The position numbers were made by a program, and so were the translations under genes. A stretch of DNA of 64,000 nucleotides. Origin: an uncultured virus (IMG/VR IMGVR_UViG_2061766007_002383). Its lineage: Duplodnaviria; Heunggongvirae; Uroviricota; Caudoviricetes. Of this stretch, positions 30,594 through 40,009 are shown piece by piece. Each line of letters begins with the position of its first letter. Position 1 is the first letter of the stretch. The stretch lies in IMG/VR virus record IMGVR_UViG_2061766007_002383; one strand, given 5' to 3'. The notes beneath the pieces were generated by a model. The model was not told the DNA's origin. It worked only from the letters and a program-made list of their open reading frames with translations, and ran no database searches.

Positions 30594-32632
30594 TATATCG
30601 CATGCCTATATCTGTCTTTGAACTCTTGTTGTTTTCCGTTGTTGAAACCTTTTGTTGGGAGATAATAACCTGTACAACGGTCATAAGTTACTAATTTATC
30701 AGAACCACAGATAGGACATACATCTATATTGTCATTGATAGTAAATTGACATTCTTGACAAAATGTAAAGACTTTTGAATATGCCCAGAAGATTACTCCA
30801 GCTCTAATAATTTTTTTATTAAAACTCCAAATGGCTTCTGCATCTGACCAAACTTCTCCACTCCATATATGAAGAATACTACCGCCCATCGTCATTGGGT
30901 TAAAGATGGCAGCATTTTTTACATGGTCAATAATGTTAGTATCGTTTGAAACAGGTATATGATTAGAGTTAGTAAGATAGTAACTTCCTTTTACCCCTTG
31001 TACTTGTGCTTGTGGATATTTTTCCTTGATTATTTCTGCAAATCTATGAGCTGTTGATTCGGCAGGAGATGCTATTACACTCCATCTTAAACCATCACGT
31101 TTATGAAACTCATCTTTTTTCTTATTTAAAAATTCAATAACATTATTACCATACTCTGGCATATTTAATGCTAATAAACATTCATATAATCCACAAAATC
31201 CAAGAGTAATAGTTGTATTCTCTATATCATATAATGGTTTGTCTGTTTCCTTATCTTTTTGCAATAAAAAATTAGACATTTGCTTATTATATATTGTATC
31301 GATTACACATTCTCTACGATATATTAATGCATCATACGCTGTTTCACATATCTTATCTAACAAACCATAAAATTCATTTTCCAAACGATAACTATAATCA
31401 TCCCTACCTAAAAAATCAACAACATTTCTTTGTGCATCTAATGCAATCAATGGTAAATTAATAGTGGTATAAGCAAAATTACCTGTATTTAAACAATCCA
31501 CTTCATACTTACCTGTCCAATTCATAGGTAACGCTGTCCTGCACCCCATTACTGTTCTTTCTATATCCATGCAGTTGACATAATACAAGGTGGGATTATT
31601 AGCTCCCTTCTGATGCAACAACTTACAATTACCTTTATATTCATCTAAATCACCTTCACGTATGTTGAATAAAATATTTGGGAAACGATGATATGCCCCC
31701 ATACCATCCTTCTCTTCTGACACTTCAAGTATCGCTCTAAATATCAAATCAGCTTCTTCTTGATAATCGGCATACACTCCATGTGCTATACCATTAGGAC
31801 CGATTGCTGGTTCATCAGCGAGTACTGGCGGTATAGATAGGTCAACACCAATTGATGTGAATAATACTTGTCCACCCCTGCATATCAAACTCATATTACA
31901 ATTGAATATAAATCCTTGTATCGCCTGCTTGATATCCTCATAAGTTCTACCGTATGCAAAAGGAGCTAATAAAGTATTAAAATTAGCATATCCCTGTCCA
32001 CCTGAAAACACAGTTGCACCAGCCATCCAAGCCTGTAACAAGTGATTTAACAATACTTCTAATGATTTGGCTGGTTTTGCTGCACTTCCCATTAACCCAA
32101 CGCCATCAACGACCAATCCGTTTCGTGCAAAGAATCTCAAGTCATAGTTCATGCAGTTTGGTCTCAATTCAAAGTATTCTAAATCATGCAAATGATAATA
32201 TCCATCAATATGGGCTTGAGAACAATGCTCTGGCATTTTCAGTAAAGAATATTCTTTTGCGATACTATCATAAGCATATTTAGCTATCATTTCAGGAGAG
32301 TAACCTATATTAGCGTTATCTCTGCAACCATTCTGTAGTAAATCTTCAAATTCAGCAACGCTCATTCCAAGCTTTCTGCTCTGCTCTACAGCTTTAAATT
32401 GTCCTTCTTTTAATAATTGTGAAGATACTTCTGCTCTCAAATCTGAAGTAGATAGCTCTGTCAACCCTTCATTTTGTTTCAACTTATATAATTTCTTGGC
32501 TATTCTATCCTGTATACGTAACGCCAATTCTTCTTCTACTCCAGTCTCATCTATAATTGTCTGCGAAATCATTCGTGGTTTAAAATTTTCTTTAGTTCCA
32601 TCACTATGTATTACAATTATTTTATCAGTCAT
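30593..32632 (-). CDS. nrdD: Anaerobic (class III) ribonucleoside-triphosphate reductase with ATP-cone
   Basis: N-terminal ATP cone, HLHDL..PNC, MGCRT, PAESTAHRFA, CxxC..CPxCG and the glycyl-radical motif RCTGYY. Confidence 0.95.
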   Translation of the reverse strand: MTDKIIVIHSDGTKENFKPRMISQTIIDETGVEEELALRIQDRIAKKLYKLKQNEGLTELSTSDLRAEVSSQLLKEGQFKAVEQSRKLGMSVAEFEDLLQNGCRDNANIGYSPEMIAKYAYDSIAKEYSLLKMPEHCSQAHIDGYYHLHDLEYFELRPNCMNYDLRFFARNGLVVDGVGLMGSAAKPAKSLEVLLNHLLQAWMAGATVFSGGQGYANFNTLLAPFAYGRTYEDIKQAIQGFIFNCNMSLICRGGQVLFTSIGVDLSIPPVLADEPAIGPNGIAHGVYADYQEEADLIFRAILEVSEEKDGMGAYHRFPNILFNIREGDLDEYKGNCKLLHQKGANNPTLYYVNCMDIERTVMGCRTALPMNWTGKYEVDCLNTGNFAYTTINLPLIALDAQRNVVDFLGRDDYSYRLENEFYGLLDKICETAYDALIYRRECVIDTIYNKQMSNFLLQKDKETDKPLYDIENTTITLGFCGLYECLLALNMPEYGNNVIEFLNKKKDEFHKRDGLRWSVIASPAESTAHRFAEIIKEKYPQAQVQGVKGSYYLTNSNHIPVSNDTNIIDHVKNAAIFNPMTMGGSILHIWSGEVWSDAEAIWSFNKKIIRAGVIFWAYSKVFTFCQECQFTINDNIDVCPICGSDKLVTYDRCTGYYLPTKGFNNGKQQEFKDRYRHAI

Positions 32633-32651
32633 AAAGTATCTCCTTAAAATA

Positions 32652-33311
32652 CTACATTTTTATAGCATTATTTTTTTTCTCTATCATATATAAATCCACT
32701 TGAAGTTCAATATATAACATATTTATTCCATATATAGTCAGCTCACTAATTTTCCTATGCTTCTTCTGTTTCAGCTGTTGAGCGCCCATACGAAACTGTT
32801 GCAAAATATAAGCACCATCATTATCAGTCGTATTAATACTCATATCCACATCAAGTTCATCCAACTGATTATACAACTTACATGATTCTACAAAACTCTT
32901 TGTCCTTATAGGGTGAACTTCATCGGTACGTTCAAACCATTCAACCAATGTCTTGTCTATTAAATGAAGCGGTGGATTATTTACGCACTTACTTACTAAA
33001 TCATTGAATAAATTACTGTCAATTTCTATGTCGGAAGGGTGGGTCAGCTTCATAAAATGATGAATAGAGCCCATTTTGTATGCAAAAAGTAATAGCTGAC
33101 CCAATTCTTCCATAATAATGGTAGTGCCATCTATATCAGTTATCATATCCAGTAATGGTTCTTCTTGGAAAGATAAAGATTGTTGAAGTGGGAGTATATA
33201 AATCCCATGAATTCTATTGTCTTCAACAAATAATGACAGCACTTTAATTCCTTTTTGTTCTTCAAAGGATTCTTTTATCATTACAAGTATATCTTCTGTA
33301 ATGTTATTCAT
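32652..33311 (-). CDS. Possible degenerate Pol-beta-superfamily nucleotidyltransferase-like protein
   Basis: GIYILP...EELGQLLLFAYK resembles YcgL-like NTases, but no GS/DxD motif is visible. Confidence 0.35.
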   Translation of the reverse strand: MNNITEDILVMIKESFEEQKGIKVLSLFVEDNRIHGIYILPLQQSLSFQEEPLLDMITDIDGTTIIMEELGQLLLFAYKMGSIHHFMKLTHPSDIEIDSNLFNDLVSKCVNNPPLHLIDKTLVEWFERTDEVHPIRTKSFVESCKLYNQLDELDVDMSINTTDNDGAYILQQFRMGAQQLKQKKHRKISELTIYGINMLYIELQVDLYMIEKKNNAIKM

Positions 33312-33804
33312 TATAATCTCCATCGTATTCTTTATCAACATTGTCTGCTGACATATCAACTAATTGTGCAAATCGTGCGCCTTTTTCTATAACAAATAAC
33401 TCATCTGTATGATTAATTAATAAAAAACTTAAGTGTCCATTGAATCCTGGGTCTCCAAAAGCTGTACGAACATCTATTCCTGCCCTTAAAAGAGAGGAGC
33501 GTGGTAAATAAAATTGTCCAGCATATTTGCTAATTTTAATCTTTTCAGTAGTTTGAGCAACGTATGCTGTATGTGGTTTAAGTTTAAATACAGTCTTTAA
33601 CATTCCACCGACTTGAATATTAGATGTTTCACATTCAATTTGTTTAGGTAATACTTTCGCATCTTTTAGTAGTCCATAAATAGTTCCTTCATCATGCCTA
33701 AAAGTATATATTGTATCTAAAGTTAAATCAATTCCTGCAGGTTGATATTGATTTTCATCAAGGTCAGGATAAATTTGTCTTAAAGTTTTTTCTCCAGTAA
33801 TCAT
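33304..33804 (-). CDS. Trimeric dUTPase / dCTP deaminase family protein
   Basis: QPAGIDLTL, PRSSLLRAG, DPGFNGHL, GARFAQL. Confidence 0.9.
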   Translation of the reverse strand: MITGEKTLRQIYPDLDENQYQPAGIDLTLDTIYTFRHDEGTIYGLLKDAKVLPKQIECETSNIQVGGMLKTVFKLKPHTAYVAQTTEKIKISKYAGQFYLPRSSLLRAGIDVRTAFGDPGFNGHLSFLLINHTDELFVIEKGARFAQLVDMSADNVDKEYDGDYNE

Positions 33805-34055
33805 TCTAAACCCTCCATTAACTGTCTTGTAGCTCTTTCTACTTGTAATTTATTTATAAATCTATTAGCGCCTTCAACAAGGTCATCAAAGTTTAAACGT
33901 AAAACTGCATAACCTAATTGACCCATTTTTAATGCAAACTCCATATCATGTCTACCATCATCAGCTTCTATAATACCAACAAGTTCAGCTGTTCTGCTAT
34001 TTATTATCAAATAAGCGTCATTTACCGCTGATATTTGTTCTTCCCATTCTGTCAT
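33801..34055 (-). CDS. Hypothetical protein (paralog of 34956-35210)
   Basis: Shares Y.V.RLNFDDL. Confidence 0.6.
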   Translation of the reverse strand: MTEWEEQISAVNDAYLIINSRTAELVGIIEADDGRHDMEFALKMGQLGYAVLRLNFDDLVEGANRFINKLQVERATRQLMEGLE

Positions 34056-34451
34056 TTAATCACATCCATCTTCTTCTATTTCTTCGTACTCTGGTTCTCC
34101 TTCATGTCCACATTCATTACATAACATACACATTTTATTGTAATCAAAATGATAATCTGCTGTTCCACATTTAGGACAAGATTCTTTCTTTGCTATACCT
34201 AATATGCCCATAATACGTCGCAAATCTTTTAATTCTAATACATCTTCACCACAATCAAAACAGTAATCTAATGGTATTAAAGAATCACCACTAAAACAAT
34301 ATTGTTCTTCAAGGTCAAACTCTTCAAATATTTGATTGCAATCATCCCATCGTGCAATACCATAATTATAATCACATTCAGGCGAAAACGCCACACAATA
34401 TTCATTCAACACATCTTCAACTGTCATCTTCATCAAATCATCTATTTTCAT
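34056..34451 (-). CDS. Protein with C-terminal TFIIB-like zinc ribbon
   Basis: CPKCGTADYHFDYNKMCMLCNECGH. Confidence 0.55.
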   Translation of the reverse strand: MKIDDLMKMTVEDVLNEYCVAFSPECDYNYGIARWDDCNQIFEEFDLEEQYCFSGDSLIPLDYCFDCGEDVLELKDLRRIMGILGIAKKESCPKCGTADYHFDYNKMCMLCNECGHEGEPEYEEIEEDGCD

Positions 34452-34969
34452 ATACCTCGCTCCTTCATTAATTTATCTAAATATTTCCACCAATCTGTTG
34501 CACCTTCAGGTTTTTGCATATATGTTGTTACATAATTAATATCGTATTCATCAAATAATATATTATACACCCCTAGTCGTTTTATACGTTTTTTTAATCT
34601 TGCACCCTTCTTATTATTTTCTGCAATCATTGTCATATAAAATACTATCCACCATAAAATAGTATCTTCATTATAATGCATGTCAATATTAGATACTAAA
34701 TTTAATATTTCTTTTTGACAGACTTCATTACCTGCTATTTCATATACGCAACAAAAATCTCCCCACACTTGTTGTGTTCCATATCGATGAGCTAATCCTT
34801 TTATCCATTCAAAATATACATCATCTGTAGGTGCATATTGCCAATGTCCCCTGCCATTAATATACACACAATAACCATCATATACACCTTCATCAAAATA
34901 AATACAAGTCTTACCGCCATCTATCATAACCACCATACTAACACAACCATAAATATTAATATATATCAA
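34448..34969 (-). CDS. Conserved hypothetical protein (DUF7004-like)
   Basis: FDEG.YD.YCVY..AP.D..YF...MIAENNK...L.KRIKRLG pattern. The true start is probably around 34930. Confidence 0.5.
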   Translation of the reverse strand: MIYINIYGCVSMVVMIDGGKTCIYFDEGVYDGYCVYINGRGHWQYAPTDDVYFEWIKGLAHRYGTQQVWGDFCCVYEIAGNEVCQKEILNLVSNIDMHYNEDTILWWIVFYMTMIAENNKKGARLKKRIKRLGVYNILFDEYDINYVTTYMQKPEGATDWWKYLDKLMKERGI

Positions 34970-35210
34970 ACTCTTTACGTCTATCTACGCCTCTGTCTTT
35001 CAAATAGTTATATCCCTCAAGAATTAAATCATCAAAGTTTAAACGAACAACTTTATATATATCAGAATCAAATTGCCTTTTCAATGCCAAGGCTTTATCA
35101 TTATCTTCTGGTATCTCTAAAATAGCTTTAGGATGTCCATTTGTACAAATAACTAAAAAAACTTCTTCAGGTAACCTATAAAACTGCTGTTGAAAAGTTA
35201 AACCCATCAT
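34956..35210 (-). CDS. Hypothetical protein (paralog of 33801-34055)
   Basis: YKVVRLNFDDLILEG. Confidence 0.6.
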   Translation of the reverse strand: MMGLTFQQQFYRLPEEVFLVICTNGHPKAILEIPEDNDKALALKRQFDSDIYKVVRLNFDDLILEGYNYLKDRGVDRRKEFDIY

Positions 35211-35885
35211 CTATCACCTTGCTCATATGTTATACGTTCATAATCTTCCAAATCTTTTATCATTTTAAACTGTGAATACACTTCATTAGTAAATTTAATC
35301 GTTGTCTTTTTCAATGCCATTAAATGTAAGCGTTTCTTTCCATATTTAGGATGTTTAAACTGATAATACTTGAACTTCTTATCATAAAATCGCTTGTAAC
35401 TGTCATCATTATTAATAATTTTTTGTGTACATCGAGTAAGTGCTACTTTTAAGTTTTCACAATAATCAATATTATCATACTTTTTATTAGCAACACGCTT
35501 ACCTTTACTATGCTTTCTAATTTTATAGACTTTATTGTTACGTTTTTCAACAGGAGCTAAACCTGCATAAGAAATAAATTTTCTTCTATTATGAAAACGT
35601 CCAATATCACCGACTTCCACAATAATTTCAGCACAGTCGTATAANNNNNNNNNNNNNNNNNNNNNNNTACTCCCTTGTAAAAAGCAAACGAGTATATATC
35701 TCATGTCTAATCTTTTGTAAAGGCAAGTCTAACGGTGTGATACTGATATCATTCATATGCTGTTGAGCAGACTCATTCAATTCAATAATATTATCTAGTC
35801 GATATTTATTACTGGTCTGTGCTTCGTACAAAGTTTTATTAGTTGAGAATAATATCGTAAGTACTTTTCTTTCATATTCGTCCAT
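35207..35885 (-). CDS. IS110/Nop-domain protein lacking RuvC (TasA-like); single gene split by the N gap at 35645-35667
   Basis: AEIIVEVGDIGRF..RRKFISYAGLAP...Y..NLK...Y..FYD...HP...K..H.MA.KK. Helical N-terminus, no DEDD domain, no SG motif after GLAP. Confidence 0.75.
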
Positions 35886-36517
35886 TATCGCATTCTCCTA
35901 ATAGATTGTTTAGATTTTTCCTGCAAACGAGGAACACTATCTAATTCTTCGTCGGACGCATTAAACACACCACCAGGAGTCTTAAAATTATCAAGTAAGA
36001 CACGAGCCATCTTTTTACCTACTTTAGGTATACCAATTAAAACATTTATCATTTCGTTGCTATCTTTTTTTCTAACGATTGGGGGTTCAATAGGCTCATC
36101 ATTTTTATTAACATTAGATATAATAGCCTTAATACATTTAAGAAAATGATTAGTGTTATCACATTGGATAACTGGTACTTTATATCGTTGCATTAATGAT
36201 ACGATGTTGCCATATTTTTCATTCAATGTTAGTTGATTAACATATCGCTCATTCATCTTGCCATCATCATAAATGAGAATAAATGAGAATGGATATATTT
36301 TTTTCATATTCAAGGCTTCTTTTTGTATCTGTCTATCTCTACAGGATTTAGTAAAGTCTTGAATTGTTTTTGTTTCAATGCAGATGATAGGACTATCTCG
36401 TTGATAAATTAATATATCTCCAGCCAACAAACGTTTTACTTCAATCTTGCTATTAAATTCTTTTTTAATAGCAGCAACACGTTCTTTATCTTCTCTATCG
36501 TCTATATATATTTCCAT
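35885..36517 (-). CDS. ERCC4/XPF (Hef-like) structure-specific endonuclease with HhH
   Basis: IYIDDRE, GD, IETKTIQDF..S, and HhH motif IPKVGKKMA. Start taken at MEIYID. Confidence 0.9.
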   Translation of the reverse strand: MEIYIDDREDKERVAAIKKEFNSKIEVKRLLAGDILIYQRDSPIICIETKTIQDFTKSCRDRQIQKEALNMKKIYPFSFILIYDDGKMNERYVNQLTLNEKYGNIVSLMQRYKVPVIQCDNTNHFLKCIKAIISNVNKNDEPIEPPIVRKKDSNEMINVLIGIPKVGKKMARVLLDNFKTPGGVFNASDEELDSVPRLQEKSKQSIRRMR

Positions 36518-36524
36518 ATTATCC

Positions 36525-37481
36525 CTATAGATATAAATAACACCCATTACATTTATTGGGCGAACAAAAACCATTATCTTGTAATGTTCGACAAGATGCG
36601 AACAACAAGTCTTCCCTTGTATAATATAGATAATATGGTTGTTCTTCTTCGTGCACACAATGATGATATTTATGTTCAGATAAAATAGTTTTTAATATCA
36701 ATAGTATTTCTTCAAAACTATAACCATCATCCCTTAAATATAATATTAACTGTCCACGACCCCAATAACCTAATTCTGGACTTCTTAACATTTCTTCAAT
36801 ACAAGGCGGATACCCTTCTTGTACATGAATGTTATTTATATCAATGTTAGTTCTTAAATCTTTTGGTACATCTTCTTCAGTATCAAAACTAGATATATCT
36901 AAATATTTTTCACCAACAAAAACTTGGTCTACAATAGATGAGTCATCAATATCCTTTGCCATCTCACATATACTGTCATATGTAAAGTTCATCAATTCAT
37001 TATACTGAATAGGAATACAATACAGATGTGTTTTAAGGTTAATGGAATTAAGCATACGACTGACTCTTCTTAAGTCACCGACAACTGCAGAATCACTTTT
37101 AGTATTAGTTTTGGTATGCATATCTTTTACCCATTGTTTAATGGCTTTTTTAGGATTATATAATTTTTTACCAGAATCTAGATATATGAATATATGAAAT
37201 CCCCTGCCTGAAAACCTAATACAAAATGTGTATTGAGAGTCTGCTAAATACTTCGCAACTTTGCGAACATCATCAAAAAATATCAAATCTTTATCGTAAT
37301 CAAAGTCTAAAAAAATTTTGTCAACAATTGCATTATAAGCATTAATATCCCCATTATAATCATATACTGACCTATAAATGTTTTTTTTACCAGAATATAA
37401 CATGCGATACTCTTCTACATCTTCTTCTGTATTAACTGCAATTCTTTTTTTGGGAATAAAAATTTCTATCATATCAATCAA
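36525..37481 (-). CDS. Archaeo-eukaryotic primase: PriS catalytic domain fused to a PriL C-terminal-like domain
   Basis: FLDFD, FSGRGFH and D..RV.RM.NS.N.KT, followed by YPPCIEEML...GR..L..YL and C-terminal Cys cluster. Confidence 0.85.
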   Translation of the reverse strand: MIDMIEIFIPKKRIAVNTEEDVEEYRMLYSGKKNIYRSVYDYNGDINAYNAIVDKIFLDFDYDKDLIFFDDVRKVAKYLADSQYTFCIRFSGRGFHIFIYLDSGKKLYNPKKAIKQWVKDMHTKTNTKSDSAVVGDLRRVSRMLNSINLKTHLYCIPIQYNELMNFTYDSICEMAKDIDDSSIVDQVFVGEKYLDISSFDTEEDVPKDLRTNIDINNIHVQEGYPPCIEEMLRSPELGYWGRGQLILYLRDDGYSFEEILLILKTILSEHKYHHCVHEEEQPYYLYYTREDLLFASCRTLQDNGFCSPNKCNGCYLYL

Positions 37482-37866
37482 CTTCTAAAAATTCCATCTC
37501 TCTATCAAGTTCTTTTTTTAATATCATTTCTGCTAACTTAACAGCAAATTGACAATGTGGGTCTAACATCAGCCCTGTTTCGCCGTTAATTTCATACCAT
37601 GGAAATTCTGCACATGCATCAAAACGTGTTGCATATTCATTACATGTCCTTCCATTAAAATATTGACAATCTAATGTACGACAACATGCCCCACACTTTT
37701 TACAAAACTCTGGATAATCCTGTACTTGTTCATAAGTAAAATAAACGCCTGGTGTTACATTAAGTACAGTATCTATAATATCTACAAAAATATCTAATGG
37801 CAACGCTGTATAATAAGGTTCATATTTTTGTATCATTTTGAGAGAAAACTGAATATGATTAATCAT
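37474..37866 (-). CDS. YkgJ-family CxxCxxCC Zn/Fe-S cluster protein
   Basis: CKKCGACCR..C..CNEYATRFDACAEFPW. Confidence 0.8.
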   Translation of the reverse strand: MINHIQFSLKMIQKYEPYYTALPLDIFVDIIDTVLNVTPGVYFTYEQVQDYPEFCKKCGACCRTLDCQYFNGRTCNEYATRFDACAEFPWYEINGETGLMLDPHCQFAVKLAEMILKKELDREMEFLEVD

Positions 37867-38594
37867 TAAAATCCCCCATCAGCTTCACACATACTTTTAT
37901 ATCCACAATACTTACATATATATTGTTTATTTGGATAAAAACGTTGTGCTTTTACTTCTTCCCTAATAAAATCAAGTAACTCTAATGAAGCATTATAATC
38001 TTCTTCTGTACAAAAAGCACCTTTCTCTTGTACTTCAACAAAATTAATAAATCTAAACTTACCATCCTTGGTAAAAAATATACCTGCACTAATCACTTCC
38101 ACATTAGGGTATTTGTTCTCAATCATCATACGATAATACATTAATTCAAGTCTATATTTTTTAATAGAACCAGAACGTCCAGTCTTATAATCAATAATGA
38201 TTATATCATTATTTTCATCACGAACCACAAGGTCACAAAGTCCAGAAAAATCATGTTCTAGGTCATGTAAGTATTCTTCACAAGAAAACACTTCATATTT
38301 CATATCTGGATTATGAAAAACTTCTTCAAAAAATTCTGCCAAATGGTCAAGATGTGTCTTCAAATCAAACTTTGACCCTACTTCTATGGCAAGTTCGTCC
38401 AACTTGCTCCTATAATCTTCTGAACTTATACCACCTTCTTTGACAAATTTTTCAGCTATTTCATGCACGTCAAGCCCCAATTGCATATATTCGTTAGGTG
38501 CTTGTTGTATTTTATCTATATATTGATACTTAAATGCTCTACGACATTTAAGAAATTCATTGACTGATGATTTACTCAATTTCATATTTATCAT
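37866..38594 (-). CDS. PD-(D/E)XK RecB/Cas4-like exonuclease
   Basis: LSKSSVNEFLKC, G..VH, G.CDL, IIDYKTG, C-terminal CKYCGYKSMC. Confidence 0.9.
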   Translation of the reverse strand: MINMKLSKSSVNEFLKCRRAFKYQYIDKIQQAPNEYMQLGLDVHEIAEKFVKEGGISSEDYRSKLDELAIEVGSKFDLKTHLDHLAEFFEEVFHNPDMKYEVFSCEEYLHDLEHDFSGLCDLVVRDENNDIIIIDYKTGRSGSIKKYRLELMYYRMMIENKYPNVEVISAGIFFTKDGKFRFINFVEVQEKGAFCTEEDYNASLELLDFIREEVKAQRFYPNKQYICKYCGYKSMCEADGGF

Positions 38595-39069
38595 CCTCCT
38601 CTTCTGCTATTCTATGTAATACATAAATACTATACCATTCCATAAAATATCCAACTCTGACATAATATCCATGATAATACCAACGAAATGGTTTACTTCT
38701 ATTTTGATTTTTATGTGAGACATAATGCACTTTATCACTATCCCAAAAAGTATATTCAGATTTACCACCTTTACCATGTTTTTGATGAACATAATCCCCA
38801 CCTTTCGTACAATTATATTGTGGATTATATTCTTCAATATACTCTTTCTCTAGATTATTCAACTCATGTTCTTCACAAAATTCTTCAATATATAACACAT
38901 AACGTTTATTATCTTCCAATATTTTTAAATCAATTGGTTGATTAGCTTTTTTATCTCTTGAATGAGCACGATGTCTACGATAAATATCACGACTTTGTCC
39001 TATATATACAATTTTATATTTATTTTTTAAGTCCCTATATGAATAAATACCACATAATTTTTCAATCAC
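38572..39069 (-). CDS. GIY-YIG endonuclease
   Basis: GIYSY...YIGQS.DI.RR...E..YI..YNPQYN..KGG. Confidence 0.9.
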   Translation of the reverse strand: MIEKLCGIYSYRDLKNKYKIVYIGQSRDIYRRHRAHSRDKKANQPIDLKILEDNKRYVLYIEEFCEEHELNNLEKEYIEEYNPQYNCTKGGDYVHQKHGKGGKSEYTFWDSDKVHYVSHKNQNRSKPFRWYYHGYYVRVGYFMEWYSIYVLHRIAEEEDDKYEIE

Positions 39070-39098
39070 ATTTTCATATCCAAGAACTCATAATGGGA

Positions 39099-39812
39099 TT
39101 ATATTTGAGTTTCACATACGCTATTACAGAAAGCGCTGTTATCTGATGGGATATAAGATATAAACATTCCTGCTACAATATTTTTTGGCAAATTACTACA
39201 AGTAATATATGTTTTTGTATCACCTTTTTCATACACTTCCAATCGCAAACAATTATTTCCTTTTCTACTCTTGAAATATTTTGCTTGTTTAACTAATGCA
39301 ACTGGTACATACATACTATCATAATCAAGGTCATCTATCATACTTAAAGACACTCCATCAAGATAATTTCTTTCTCGAAGAAATGAATTATCTGTATTGT
39401 AATCTATTAAAAAATGCATATATATTTTGCCATTAAACGTATGTCCTTTGATAATAACAAGATGCCCCTTTTGTAAGTAATCCCCATACACATTCAAAAC
39501 ATTAGAATCAATAGATACACTCAAGTTCCACCCTTTATTTTGCAGATGTATGATACAATAGTTCTTCTTCATATCTATATCTACAATCACTCCTTTAACT
39601 AAAACTTCATTAATATCCATTTCTAACTCTTCCATTGGAGTTAATACATCATCATACTCTGTTTTAAAAACATCCACATATTCTTCTCGTGGGGAGAATG
39701 ACAAAGCTGAATACTCTTTATTAAGAATATCTAATTTCGTATACTTTTTCGATTGACCAAAAAAATAATTAAGCAATTGCGAACGTTTTTCCACAACTTC
39801 TTTCATATTCAT
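39099..39812 (-). CDS. OB-fold protein corresponding to the DnaE C-terminal region
   Basis: LNKEYSALSFS resembles the DnaE 'E.E.LGFY' segment, followed by OB-like VKGVIVD...GHLVIIKG and a second OB-like KSRKGNNCLRLEV. Confidence 0.6.
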   Translation of the reverse strand: MNMKEVVEKRSQLLNYFFGQSKKYTKLDILNKEYSALSFSPREEYVDVFKTEYDDVLTPMEELEMDINEVLVKGVIVDIDMKKNYCIIHLQNKGWNLSVSIDSNVLNVYGDYLQKGHLVIIKGHTFNGKIYMHFLIDYNTDNSFLRERNYLDGVSLSMIDDLDYDSMYVPVALVKQAKYFKSRKGNNCLRLEVYEKGDTKTYITCSNLPKNIVAGMFISYIPSDNSAFCNSVCETQI

Positions 39813-40009
39813 TTAATCACCTGTCGAAAACTTATTGTTATTTCATTCATATTATTATCAATATTTATTTCACGTAAATTAAATGCATCAAAATTATTTA
39901 TTAAAAAATCAAAATCGCTATGTAAAAATTCCCCTTTTAGTACTAATTCAACATACGTCGATTTTTGAAACAAATCATATATATGATTATACAATTCTTG
40001 ATTTAACAT
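39809..40009 (-). CDS. Small hypothetical protein inside the split polymerase locus
   Basis: Overlaps both neighbours (TAATG / ATGA). Confidence 0.6.
   Translation of the reverse strand: MLNQELYNHIYDLFQKSTYVELVLKGEFLHSDFDFLINNFDAFNLREINIDNNMNEITISFRQVIK

Noticed and set aside
35207..35885. Active IS110 insertion sequence
   Set aside because: No DEDD/RuvC domain, no catalytic SG motif, and no non-coding ends; the gene overlaps both neighbours.
34900..36600. TIGR array adjacent to the Tas-like gene
   Set aside because: The flanks are fully coding, and I could see no 18/36-nt periodic repeat here or in other intergenic regions. The N gaps at 50849-50920 and 59582-59832 cannot be assessed.
37866..38594. 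CRISPR-Cas locus (Cas4)
   Set aside because: Stand-alone PD-(D/E)XK nuclease in a replication operon; no repeat-spacer array or other cas genes seen.
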